64,000 nucleotides of DNA from Anaerolineales bacterium (GTDB lineage: Bacteria; Chloroflexota; Anaerolineae; Anaerolineales; UBA11858). This document shows positions 9,384-17,596 of the stretch, piece after piece; position 1 is the stretch's first letter, and each line of letters begins with the position of its first letter. A program made the translations under genes and the position numbers. Where the stretch lies: contig JAGXKM010000001.1 in the NCBI GenBank assembly GCA_018335275.1, positions 8,154-72,153 on the forward strand, read 5' to 3'. The notes below the pieces were generated by a model. It saw only the letters and a program-made list of their open reading frames with translations. It did not search any database and was not told the origin of the DNA.

Positions 9384-9695
9384 ATGAACATTGACGATTT
9401 AACAAAGCGTATGAACGAGTTTGTGGAAGACAAAGGCTGGTACGACAAAAACAGCCCCCGCCCCCAAACGCAGCGTAATTTGTCCCTTTCTCTCCACTTA
9501 GAGACCTCAGAAATCCTGGAATTGTTCCAATGGGGAGAGAAGGAGGTACCAAAAACTGCCTTGGCTGGGGAATTGGCAGATGTCGCCTTATACTTGCTTC
9601 AGCTAGCCAGTGTGAGTGACATCGATCTGGAAAAGGCGGTCCTGCGCAAACTTCAAGAAAATTACCGTCGCACCTGGCCCGAGGAGAAGGGTTAA
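9384..9695 (+). CDS. MazG-like all-alpha nucleoside triphosphate pyrophosphohydrolase
   Basis: 103 aa with ETSEILELFQW and AGELADVALYLLQLA (the EXXE / E-AD metal-binding helices). Confidence 0.75.
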   Translation: MNIDDLTKRMNEFVEDKGWYDKNSPRPQTQRNLSLSLHLETSEILELFQWGEKEVPKTALAGELADVALYLLQLASVSDIDLEKAVLRKLQENYRRTWPEEKG

Positions 9696-9712
9696 CGACA
9701 AATGAGGATGAT

Positions 9713-10270
9713 ATGCAAAAAAAAGAAAAGCTGAAAGTCACCGTCTTTGGAGGATCAAAACCTGAGGAAGGGTCCGCGGCTTATCAGCAAGCGCAGCAGT
9801 TGGGGAAGCTGCTGGGAACCGCAGGGTACACCGCGATCACAGGAGGATACATTGGAACCATGGAAGCTGTTTCCCGGGGAGCTTCCCAGGCCGGAGGGCA
9901 CGTGATCGGGATCACCTGCGACGAGATTGAAGCCTGGCGGCCTGTAGGACCCAACCCCTGGGTTGAAGAAGAGATCCGCTTCCCGACCCTCAAAGAAAGG
10001 TTATCCGCCCTGATCGAAATCTGTGATGCGGCCATCGCCCTTCCCGGCGGAATAGGCACAATGGGCGAAATCACCATGATGTGGTCCCAGCTGCAGACAA
10101 GCGCTATCAACCCCCGCCTTTTGATCTTAGTCGGGAAGGGTTGGAAAGCCACTTTCTCTACTTTTCTTGACACTCTTGGAGAATACGTGCCAAAAGAGCA
10201 TCAAAGCTTGATCCAATTTTCCCCTACCGTGGAAGAAGCATTCCAGCTAATCAAAGGGGATATAGGATAA
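9713..10270 (+). CDS. LOG-family (TIGR00725-like) nucleotide N-glycosidase-fold protein
   Basis: 185 aa with VTVFGGS, ITGGYIGTMEAVSRGA and PGGIGTMGE (the PGGxGTxxE motif). Confidence 0.75.
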   Translation: MQKKEKLKVTVFGGSKPEEGSAAYQQAQQLGKLLGTAGYTAITGGYIGTMEAVSRGASQAGGHVIGITCDEIEAWRPVGPNPWVEEEIRFPTLKERLSALIEICDAAIALPGGIGTMGEITMMWSQLQTSAINPRLLILVGKGWKATFSTFLDTLGEYVPKEHQSLIQFSPTVEEAFQLIKGDIG

Positions 10271-11065
10271 ATGCCGGCCATCAACCCCACCCAATTAAAA
10301 CTCAGATCAGCGCAGGTCAGCGAATCATTCTCCCACCCAAAACAATATATCTCCGCCTTACACGAAATGCTCTCATCATATGCCAATCGGGTCCACCGGC
10401 CCGGTCAAAGAGGAGACCCCCCTCCGGGGATCGAATCCTATCAAGCGCCGCCACCTGTTCTGCGTTACCTTGAACGAGGAGTACGGCAAAGACTCCACGA
10501 ATCCCCCAGGGAAGGATTGATATTGATTGATGCTTTATGGAAAGAAGAGTGGCTGGAAACTCGCTTACTGGCGGCCGCGTACCTCCAGCACATTCCCTCT
10601 TCTTTCAAAGGAGAGGTTCTGGAGCGGGTGAAAACCTGGGCTTTCAATTGCGAGGAAGACCCCATTTTGGCCTCGCTCCTGGATCGGGGACTTTCCAGAT
10701 TGCGGGAAGCTCGGGATGAGATGTACTTCGCTTTCTTGGATGAGTTATCTTCCATGGTCAGCCCAGAGGCGGGAAAGTTGGTCCTGTTTACCCTCAAACC
10801 GCTGGCTGCGGACGACCAATTCCAGAACTTGCCCGTCATCTTTCAATACCTGAAACCCCTGATCCAGAATGAGCACGATTCCTACCTTTCCTCATTGGCG
10901 GAATTGGTGAAAACTTTGGCCCAACGTTCGGAACAGGAAACGCTGTATTTCCTTCAACATCAAATTCCCACCGCGCCCAAGCCGAAGATGACCCGCCTGG
11001 TGAGGCAAATCCTGGACGCGTTTGCGCCCCCTTCCCAAAAAATCCTCAAGGAAGCCGTTAGATAA
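10271..11065 (+). CDS. Helical-repeat protein weakly resembling AlkD-type DNA alkylation repair proteins
   Basis: 264 aa. The ATG directly abuts the LOG stop (TAAATG). By eye LIDALWKEEWLETRLLAAAYL resembles the AlkD ELWDLPEREFQAAALDI helix; the rest is unassigned. Confidence 0.35.
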   Translation: MPAINPTQLKLRSAQVSESFSHPKQYISALHEMLSSYANRVHRPGQRGDPPPGIESYQAPPPVLRYLERGVRQRLHESPREGLILIDALWKEEWLETRLLAAAYLQHIPSSFKGEVLERVKTWAFNCEEDPILASLLDRGLSRLREARDEMYFAFLDELSSMVSPEAGKLVLFTLKPLAADDQFQNLPVIFQYLKPLIQNEHDSYLSSLAELVKTLAQRSEQETLYFLQHQIPTAPKPKMTRLVRQILDAFAPPSQKILKEAVR

Positions 11066-11208
11066 CCCCGGCTGAGCATAAAACCTCCCGCACAGAAAAT
11101 ATAGGGAGTGAAGGCCGGTAATCGGCTCCCGGAACATGCTGTAGCAATTCATCGAATATCCAACCCTCTCGAACTTGCGCCTCCAAAAGACCGCCAAAAA
11201 GCCTTTTC

Positions 11209-11237
11209 TTGACAAAGGACGGCGGGAAGACTATACT
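11209..11237 (+). promoter_or_regulatory. Sigma70-type promoter driving the TPP riboswitch and thiamine salvage operon
   Basis: TTGACA (11209-11214), a 17-nt spacer, then TATACT (11232-11237). Confidence 0.55.
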
Positions 11238-11249
11238 ACCCTCAGAATT

Positions 11250-11346
11250 GAATAGGAAGCACGGGGAGCCGACCCTTCGGCTGAGAGGAAAGTTTGACTT
11301 TCGACCCGCGAACCTGATCCGGATAATACCGGCGGAGGCATGCTGT
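11250..11346 (+). promoter_or_regulatory. TPP (THI-box) riboswitch aptamer
   Basis: ACGGGGAGCC..GGCTGAGAGG..ACCC..AACCTGATCCGGATAATACCGGCGGAGG matches the conserved THI-element core. P1 is AGCA/TGCT. Confidence 0.9.
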
Positions 11347-11356
11347 TATCACTAAC

Positions 11357-11384
11357 AAAACTCCTCCGCAAAGAGGAGTTTTTT
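11357..11384 (+). terminator. Riboswitch expression-platform intrinsic terminator
   Basis: CTCCTC-CGCAAA-GAGGAG followed by TTTTTT, about 33 nt upstream of the thiN start. Confidence 0.8.
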
Positions 11385-11416
11385 AATTTTGAGCACCTTG
11401 ACCAAAGGAGCCTGCC

Positions 11417-12061
11417 TTGCGCGCTTTAGTTTTTGCCAATGGAAGATTTCAGGCGGACCCGGAATCCATCTGTGCCTCAGATTTTGAACTGGTTATCGCT
11501 GCGGACGGGGGAAGCACACACTGCCAGGAGGCAGGCATACATCCCCAGGTCTTGATCGGTGACCTGGATTCTACCTCTGCAAAGCTGGTGGAAGAATGGA
11601 GAGACCGTGGAGTGAATATCATCCGCCATCCCCAGCGCAAGGATAAAACCGATTTGGAGATCGCCCTGGAGTACGCCCAGGAAGAAGGCGCGGATGAGAT
11701 CCACGTCTATGGAGCACTGGGCGAACGTTTGGATATGACCCTGGGGAACATCCTTCTCCTCGCTCACCCTGACCTATCCTGCCAGATCAAATTAATCTGC
11801 GGGAACGAGATCGTAACCCTTTTGAGGGAAGGGGGTAAAATGACTTTAGAGGGTCAGAGGGAGGACACCGTTTCCCTGCTTCCCCTCCTGCCCGAGACCA
11901 CAGGGATTACGACCCAGGGTCTGGAATACCCACTCCAGGAAGGAAAATTGGTGTACGGGACCTCCCGGGGGATCAGCAACCTGATGAAAGACAATCAGGC
12001 TCAAATTACCTTACAAGAAGGACTCCTGTGTGTCATTCAGACCCGAATTTCCGATAAATAA
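11417..12061 (+). CDS. thiN: Thiamine pyrophosphokinase
   Basis: 214 aa with a TTG start 7 nt after AAGGAG. It carries AADGG and IGDLDS motifs and is the first gene after the TPP riboswitch. Confidence 0.8.
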   Translation: MRALVFANGRFQADPESICASDFELVIAADGGSTHCQEAGIHPQVLIGDLDSTSAKLVEEWRDRGVNIIRHPQRKDKTDLEIALEYAQEEGADEIHVYGALGERLDMTLGNILLLAHPDLSCQIKLICGNEIVTLLREGGKMTLEGQREDTVSLLPLLPETTGITTQGLEYPLQEGKLVYGTSRGISNLMKDNQAQITLQEGLLCVIQTRISDK

Positions 12062-12077
12062 TGGGAGTTTCTTTGCT

Positions 12078-13193
12078 ATGAAAACAAAACTCACCCTGAT
12101 TACCCTTTTCATTTTTACGCTCAGCGCATGCGGGCAAGTGGTCACCCCAACATCCCCCACAACTGACCAGACCTCCTTGCCACCCACCACACAAACCAAA
12201 GAGCAGCCGACGGAAACGTCAGCGAAACCTGAGACACTGACCGTCATGACCCACGATTCTTTTGCCGCTTCAGATGAAGTCATCCAAACTTTTGAAGAGG
12301 AACATAACGTCAATGTCCGGTTTCTGGAAGCGGGAGACACGGGTACGGCAGTAAATAAAGCTGTGCTTTCCAAAGGCAACCCGCTGGCAGATGTTTTTTA
12401 CGGCGTGGACAACACATTCCTCAGCCGGGCTTTAGAGGAAGGGATTTTCATCCCCTATCATTCCCCCCTGCTGGATGAGATCGATGACCGCTTTCAACTG
12501 GATGATCAAAATCGCGCTTTGCCCGTCGATTATGGGGATGTGTGTCTGAATTATCAAAAAGCTTACTTTGAAGAAAACGACCTCCAGCCTCCCCGTAATC
12601 TTGAGGATCTGACCGAGCCCGAATATAAAGGCCTTTTAACCGTGGAGAATCCAGCCACATCATCGCCCGGCCTGGCCTTTTTACTGGCCACCATCGGCCA
12701 TTTTGGGGAAGATCAATATCTTGAATACTGGCAGCAGCTGGTGGAAAATGACCTTAATGTGGTCAACGACTGGGAGACCGCCTATTACTCCTCCTTCAGC
12801 CAGGCTGGGGGTTCAACCCCCATCGTCGTTTCCTACGGCTCCAGCCCGCCCTTTGAAGTCATTTTCGCCGAAGAAGAGATCGAAGAACCCCCCACTGCAG
12901 CCGTAGTGGCGGAGGGGAGCTGCTTCCGGCAAATTGAGTTTGTGGGCATCCTGAAAGGCACAGAAAAACAAGAACTGGCTCAGAAATGGATCGATTTCAT
13001 GCTCTCCCCCACCTTCCAGGAAGATATCCCCCTGAATATGTTCGTTTTTCCGGTCAACGAAAACGCAGAACTCAACGAGACGTTCCAGAAGTACCTTGCC
13101 ATCCCGGATGAGACAGCAGAAGTCAGCCCCCAGGATATCTCTGAAAACCGTGAAAAATGGATCCGAGAATGGACGGAAGCGGTGCTCCGCTGA
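12078..13193 (+). CDS. thiB: Thiamine ABC transporter substrate-binding lipoprotein
   Basis: The track ORF begins at 12030. MKTKLTLITLFIFTLSACG at 12078 has a GGGAG RBS and a lipobox. The mature part (LTVMTHDSFAAS...ADVFYGVDN) is TbpA/ThiB-like. Confidence 0.8.
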   Translation: MKTKLTLITLFIFTLSACGQVVTPTSPTTDQTSLPPTTQTKEQPTETSAKPETLTVMTHDSFAASDEVIQTFEEEHNVNVRFLEAGDTGTAVNKAVLSKGNPLADVFYGVDNTFLSRALEEGIFIPYHSPLLDEIDDRFQLDDQNRALPVDYGDVCLNYQKAYFEENDLQPPRNLEDLTEPEYKGLLTVENPATSSPGLAFLLATIGHFGEDQYLEYWQQLVENDLNVVNDWETAYYSSFSQAGGSTPIVVSYGSSPPFEVIFAEEEIEEPPTAAVVAEGSCFRQIEFVGILKGTEKQELAQKWIDFMLSPTFQEDIPLNMFVFPVNENAELNETFQKYLAIPDETAEVSPQDISENREKWIREWTEAVLR

Positions 13194-13214
13194 TCTATCC
13201 AGCCCTCCCTGGGG

Positions 13215-14972
13215 GTGAAAGATCCCCCGGGGCATCTTGATCAAAACGGCAGTGAAACAATGAAACTATCCTCAAAAATAAAAATCAAACAATACCTCCC
13301 GTATCTTTTGTGGATCCTTCCCCTTGCTTTTTTGGGGATCTTTTACTTTTATCCCCTGGGCAGCATCATCCAGCTCAGTTTCAGCCGGGGAGAAGGAAAC
13401 GCGCTGGTTTCCTTCTGGAAAGCAATCACTGACTCCACAGTGCGGAGCGTGCTTGGTTTTACAGTCTGGCAGGCCACGCTGTCCACCTTGCTCACCTTGC
13501 TCCTGGGTCTCCCGGGGGCATACCTCTTTGCTCGGTATCAATTTCGCGGTAAGAATTTCCTTCGAGCCTTGATGGGGGTGCCTTTCGTGCTCCCCACCCT
13601 GGTAGTAGCAGCGGGATTCAATGCCCTTCTCGGACCCAACGGCTGGGTGAATACCCTGTTAATGGACCTGTTCTCTCTCTCCTCCCCGCCCATCCAATTC
13701 CTGCACACATTCGGAGCCATCCTGGTCGCCCATGTCTTTTACAATACGACCATTGTTCTCAGGGTGGTTGGGGATTTTTGGAGCCGATTGGATCCCCGCT
13801 TTTCCCAGGCTGCACAGGTGCTGGGAGGGAACCGCTGGCAGACGCTGCGGGAGGTGACCATCCCCTTGTTAGCCCCAGCAGTGGCTGCGGCAGCTCTGCT
13901 GGTTTTCATCTTCGACTTCACCTCGTTCGGCGTGATCCTGATCCTTGGAGGTCCCCAATTTGCCACCCTGGAAGTTGAGATCTACTACCAGACCATCAGC
14001 CTGTTCAATCTACCCCTGGCGGCCACCCTTTCCCTGCTCCAGCTGGGGATGACTCTTATCTTGACAATCATCTATACCCGCTTGATGAATAAAATTTCCC
14101 GCCCTGTACAGCAGCGAGCGGAGAGACAAACCCAACGCCCCCTCTCCACATGGCGCAAAAAAATTTCGGCGGGTGCCATAATTGGAATCCTTCTGCTGAT
14201 CCTGACCACACCATTAATTGCCCTGGGAACCCGTTCCATCACCCACCTCACCCCTTCCCAGGGCGGGAATCAGGGTTTAACCCTGGCTTTCTTCAAAGCC
14301 CTGACCCAAAATCCACAGCAATCCCTGTTCTACGTCCCTCCCTCCACAGCGATTATCGTTTCCCTTTTATACGGGGCGATAACTGTGGTATTTGCGCTTA
14401 TCCTTGGTTTACCCGCTGCCTGGGCGTTAGCCCGAGGTCGGGATAATGTCCTCAATAAAGTCCTGGATCCCCTGCTCATGCTCCCTTTGGGAACCTCTGC
14501 GGTAACCCTGGGGCTGGGCTTCATCATCTCTTTGGATCAACCACCTCTCGACCTTCGCGCTTCACCCATCCTTATCCCCCTGGTCCATACGCTGGTAGCT
14601 TTCCCCTTTGTTGTCCGCAGCCTTACGCCAGCGTTAAAGAGCATCCAACCCAACCTGCATCAAGCAGCCGCTGTTTTGGGAGCCTCGCCCCGCCAGGTTT
14701 TCCGGCACATCGATCTACCCATGATCGGTCGGGCTCTGTTGGTGGCTGCCACCTTCGCTTTCACCATTTCGATTGGTGAATTCGGAGCTACGTCTTTGAT
14801 CGTCCGTCCTGAGTTCCCCACCGTCCCCGTGGTCATTTACCGCCTTCTTTCCCGGCCGGGCACATTAAATTATGGGCAAGCCATGGCTTTGAGCACGATC
14901 CTCATGGTTTTCACATTGAGCGGAATGCTGGCCATTGAACGCTTCCGGATCGCGGATATTGGCGAATTCTAA
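13215..14972 (+). CDS. thiP: Thiamine ABC transporter permease (double permease domain). An alternative ATG start is at 13260.
   Basis: 585 aa with about 12 hydrophobic segments and two MalFG-type permease halves. It follows thiB. Confidence 0.75.
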   Translation: MKDPPGHLDQNGSETMKLSSKIKIKQYLPYLLWILPLAFLGIFYFYPLGSIIQLSFSRGEGNALVSFWKAITDSTVRSVLGFTVWQATLSTLLTLLLGLPGAYLFARYQFRGKNFLRALMGVPFVLPTLVVAAGFNALLGPNGWVNTLLMDLFSLSSPPIQFLHTFGAILVAHVFYNTTIVLRVVGDFWSRLDPRFSQAAQVLGGNRWQTLREVTIPLLAPAVAAAALLVFIFDFTSFGVILILGGPQFATLEVEIYYQTISLFNLPLAATLSLLQLGMTLILTIIYTRLMNKISRPVQQRAERQTQRPLSTWRKKISAGAIIGILLLILTTPLIALGTRSITHLTPSQGGNQGLTLAFFKALTQNPQQSLFYVPPSTAIIVSLLYGAITVVFALILGLPAAWALARGRDNVLNKVLDPLLMLPLGTSAVTLGLGFIISLDQPPLDLRASPILIPLVHTLVAFPFVVRSLTPALKSIQPNLHQAAAVLGASPRQVFRHIDLPMIGRALLVAATFAFTISIGEFGATSLIVRPEFPTVPVVIYRLLSRPGTLNYGQAMALSTILMVFTLSGMLAIERFRIADIGEF

Positions 14973-15009
14973 ACCCTTTCCCGAACGCGAACAAATCAGA
15001 TAAAAATAC

Positions 15010-15037
15010 TTGACGCCGAGGGGGGATGTGATAGAAT
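15010..15037 (+). promoter_or_regulatory. Promoter of tRNA-Asp
   Basis: TTGACG (15010-15015), a 16-nt spacer, then TGaTAGAAT (extended -10, hexamer at 15032-15037). Confidence 0.55.
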
Positions 15038-15048
15038 AGCTTTCGTTC

Positions 15049-15121
15049 GGGGGCGTGGTGTAGCGGTTAACATGCGGCCCTGTCAAGGCCGAGATCGCCG
15101 GTTCGAATCCGGTCGTCCCCG
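15049..15121 (+). tRNA. tRNA-Asp (anticodon GTC); no CCA encoded
   Basis: Manual cloverleaf: acceptor GGGGGCG/CGTCCCC, D stem GTGT/ACAT, anticodon stem CGGCC/GGCCG, loop CTGTCAA, T arm GCCGG-TTCGAAT-CCGGT and discriminator G. CTC follows the 3' end. Confidence 0.9.
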
Positions 15122-15125
15122 CTCT

Positions 15126-15163
15126 AAAAAGCCTGGAAGAGCTTACACTCTTTCAGGTTTTTT
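15126..15163 (+). terminator. Intrinsic terminator after tRNA-Asp
   Basis: CCTGGAAGAG-CTTACA-CTCTTTCAGG (10 bp with one G.T pair) followed by TTTTTT. Confidence 0.8.
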
Positions 15164-15529
15164 GTCTTCTGAAGAAACCACACATGGACATCAAATCTAT
15201 CAAGTTTTACAACCAGTCACTGACCGGGTTCCAGACCCATAAGCCCAGAATAAATATAGAACGAACACAATAAGTTTTTCTTGTTCGTTTTTAACTCATC
15301 ATATCCTCTCAAAAACGAGCTTCACTTCACACAGTTTCCAATCCTTCCTGCTCACACGAAAACTGTGGAAAAGAGTGGAGGTATGATGGACATTTTGGGA
15401 ACATCACCCGATCTGTAATGCTCTTATTGGGAATCGCATAACCTGCCAGCTGCAGCTCGGTAATGGGCAATCTGCCGCTCCAGAAAGCATCTTGCTAAAC
15501 ACCCCAGTTCACAGATTCGATGCGGCAAG

Positions 15530-15561
15530 AAAAAAGCCCGTCCTCCACTGCAGGGACGGGC
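15530..15561 (-). terminator. Intrinsic terminator of the 15604-17250 gene
   Basis: 8-bp GC-rich stem GCCCGTCC/GGACGGGC with a 10-nt loop, followed on the minus strand by a U-run (plus-strand A30-A35). Confidence 0.75.
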
Positions 15562-15603
15562 TTAAGAGAGCTTTTCGATGGACCTACAGGGTCCTTCACC
15601 TCT

Positions 15604-17250
15604 CTACGGGAAGGATACACAGACCGCGTATCCGTACATGGTCCGTTCCCCGCTTCCGGTGTTCTTGGCATACGTACTCCACTGCTCCCCAACGGTAAGA
15701 TAAGGAGATGTGTTGTAGATCACCAGCTCCTCTTGAGCTGCGAATCCACCTCCTGTGACTATCTCCCCTGAACCGCAGGCAGGTATTGCATAGCCCGTCG
15801 ATCCAGATGTGATATCCGTTGACTCCATGATTTGTTCCGCCTCAGCGCTGAGACCGGACAAACACACAGCATAAGCATTCATGGCCTGGCCTGATCCACT
15901 CAAATTCTCAGCATACACCTGCCAGCCGTTGCCTTTTTTCGAGCTGTTATAGACCCGGAGGGTGCCGTTTGAATTCGTGGCCCATCCCCCACCGGTGACC
16001 ACGCTGCCCGAGGGGCATTCAACTTCTGGGTGACCGATCCCTCCCCCTGAAGCGGTGACCTGCTGGAACACCTGGGTAGTGGAAGCGGCGGGGGCGTTAT
16101 ACAAACAGGTCGCATACACGTTCAGCAGTATACTGGAGCCTGCGTTATTTTTGGCATAAGCCCGCCAGCCGTTGCCGCTCTTGGCGTGAGAGTAAACCAG
16201 CATGTCGGGACTCGCAGCATACCCTCCGCTGACCACCACGCTGCCGCCCGGGCAGGAAACCGTCGCGGAGCCCGTGTCCCCCGACGCTATGGATACCTGT
16301 TCGTATACCAGGTCGGTATACGGTAGGATGGGCACCAGGGTTATTGGTTTAACGGTTATCACCACAAACGAAGTTGGCGTCGGGGTTGGGGTCTCCGTGG
16401 GTTCCGGCGTGTCGGAAGGTTCGGGTGTATCGGTTGCGGGCTCCGGGACAACGATCTCAACGATAAGATTGGTGCCAAAGAGCGACCCTTCCAGGGAACG
16501 AAAACGCCAATCCCCTTGATATGTTCCCGGTGATGAAGGCGCTGTCAAATCAACCGAGATGTCCAGGCTCTCTCCCACCGCGAGGGAGGGCAAATCGACC
16601 GCAGCAGGTCCCCCAAGCTGATCACCGCTGGCAAAAAGGAGCTGGAATCCCTCCTCCCAATCACAGGTCCCCGAATTCTCCACACGCCATGTTTTCACAA
16701 AGGACGCACCCGGATCCAGTTCCGTTCCGTCCGGGATGGTGACATCCGACACAAAGGATGCCTCATAGGTGCACTCTTCTTCGTCCTCAGGCTCAGGGGT
16801 AGGAGTATCGGGAGTTTCATCCGTGGGTTCTGGAGTTGCTGAAGGCAGTGGTTCCTCCACCGGACTCGCCTCCACAACCTGCAAGTTAATGATGGCAGGA
16901 GAGGAGATATTTCCATCCGCGTCATAAGCAACCGTGGAAATCGACATCTCCCCCTCTTCCTGGGGTGTCCAGAGCTGGGTAACTTGAAATTCTTGTGGAT
17001 TTTCAGCGGGAGCTTCATCGGTCTGTATGATCTCACCATCGACCCATAACTCAACCCGCGCTGCGCCCTCGCTGGCGTTGACATTGGAAACGACCTCCAC
17101 TTCCTCGCCAACAAGTACTTCCGCGTTGTCGCCTGGACTTCTAATCTCTACCTCGATCGTAGGCTCACCGCCTCCAAAATTACAGGCTAAGATGGACACG
17201 ATCAAGGTGACGATCACAACCCACAGCTGGTTTTTAAGCTTTGACTCCAT
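15604..17250 (-). CDS. Secreted or membrane-anchored multidomain protein: Ig-like domain, NBR1-FW-like domain and three Cys-bracketed repeats
   Basis: The track ORF starts at 17307. MESKLKNQLWVVIVTLIVSILAC at 17250 follows AGAGGAGGGAAC (a strong RBS). The NBR1-like segment is FVKTWRVENSGTCDWEEGFQLLF..PGTYQGDWRF, domains are joined by P/T/E linkers, and the C-terminus has three repeats. Confidence 0.7.
   Translation of the reverse strand: MESKLKNQLWVVIVTLIVSILACNFGGGEPTIEVEIRSPGDNAEVLVGEEVEVVSNVNASEGAARVELWVDGEIIQTDEAPAENPQEFQVTQLWTPQEEGEMSISTVAYDADGNISSPAIINLQVVEASPVEEPLPSATPEPTDETPDTPTPEPEDEEECTYEASFVSDVTIPDGTELDPGASFVKTWRVENSGTCDWEEGFQLLFASGDQLGGPAAVDLPSLAVGESLDISVDLTAPSSPGTYQGDWRFRSLEGSLFGTNLIVEIVVPEPATDTPEPSDTPEPTETPTPTPTSFVVITVKPITLVPILPYTDLVYEQVSIASGDTGSATVSCPGGSVVVSGGYAASPDMLVYSHAKSGNGWRAYAKNNAGSSILLNVYATCLYNAPAASTTQVFQQVTASGGGIGHPEVECPSGSVVTGGGWATNSNGTLRVYNSSKKGNGWQVYAENLSGSGQAMNAYAVCLSGLSAEAEQIMESTDITSGSTGYAIPACGSGEIVTGGGFAAQEELVIYNTSPYLTVGEQWSTYAKNTGSGERTMYGYAVCVSFP
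15616..16305 (-). repeat. Threefold ~70-aa protein repeat (C-x-G-x-x-V-x-GG ... W ... YA-x-C)
   Basis: The three copies are VSCPGGSVVVSGGYA..GNGWRAYAKNNAGSSILLNVYATC, VECPSGSVVTGGGWA..GNGWQVYAENLSGSGQAMNAYAVC and PACGSGEIVTGGGFA..GEQWSTYAKNTGSGERTMYGYAVC. Confidence 0.75.
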
Positions 17251-17530
17251 GTTCCCTCCTCTGATTCTCATCCCTTGTCTGAGTCTGCCACCATAAACCC
17301 CGGGCAAACACGGTTCATGGCTACAGCTTAGATTTTCCTGGAAACGATCCCAAACTGAGGATCATTCACCGGGATAAGGTTGAGACTACAGGCTATTTAT
17401 GAGATATTGCTTTCACGGATCGGATTATACACGGAACCCCCTGGGTATGCAATCATGTTTCATATAATTCCATGAGATGTCCGCCTTTAAGAACGTCGGC
17501 AAAGGCAACCCGTCAGAAACGAAAATCTAC

Positions 17531-17567
17531 CAAAAAGACTCCAGACGCTCCCTGCCATCTGGAGTCT
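17531..17567 (-). terminator. Intrinsic terminator of the alpha-2-macroglobulin gene
   Basis: 10-bp stem AGACTCCAGA/TCTGGAGTCT with a 12-nt loop and a U-run on the minus strand. Confidence 0.7.
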
Positions 17568-17596
17568 TTCATCTTTCCCCAAAAACTCATGAGAGA

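Noticed and set aside
9370-9386. A TATAAT box only 8 nt upstream of the mazG-like ATG, suggesting a leaderless mRNA.
   Set aside because: There is no convincing -35 or TG extension, so this cannot be supported without TSS data.
15383-15418. 11-codon ORF (MMDILGTSPDL) preceded by GGAGG in the tRNA-Asp downstream spacer.
   Set aside because: The SD-to-ATG spacing is only 1-4 nt, there is no downstream gene for it to regulate on that strand, and it is too short to evaluate.
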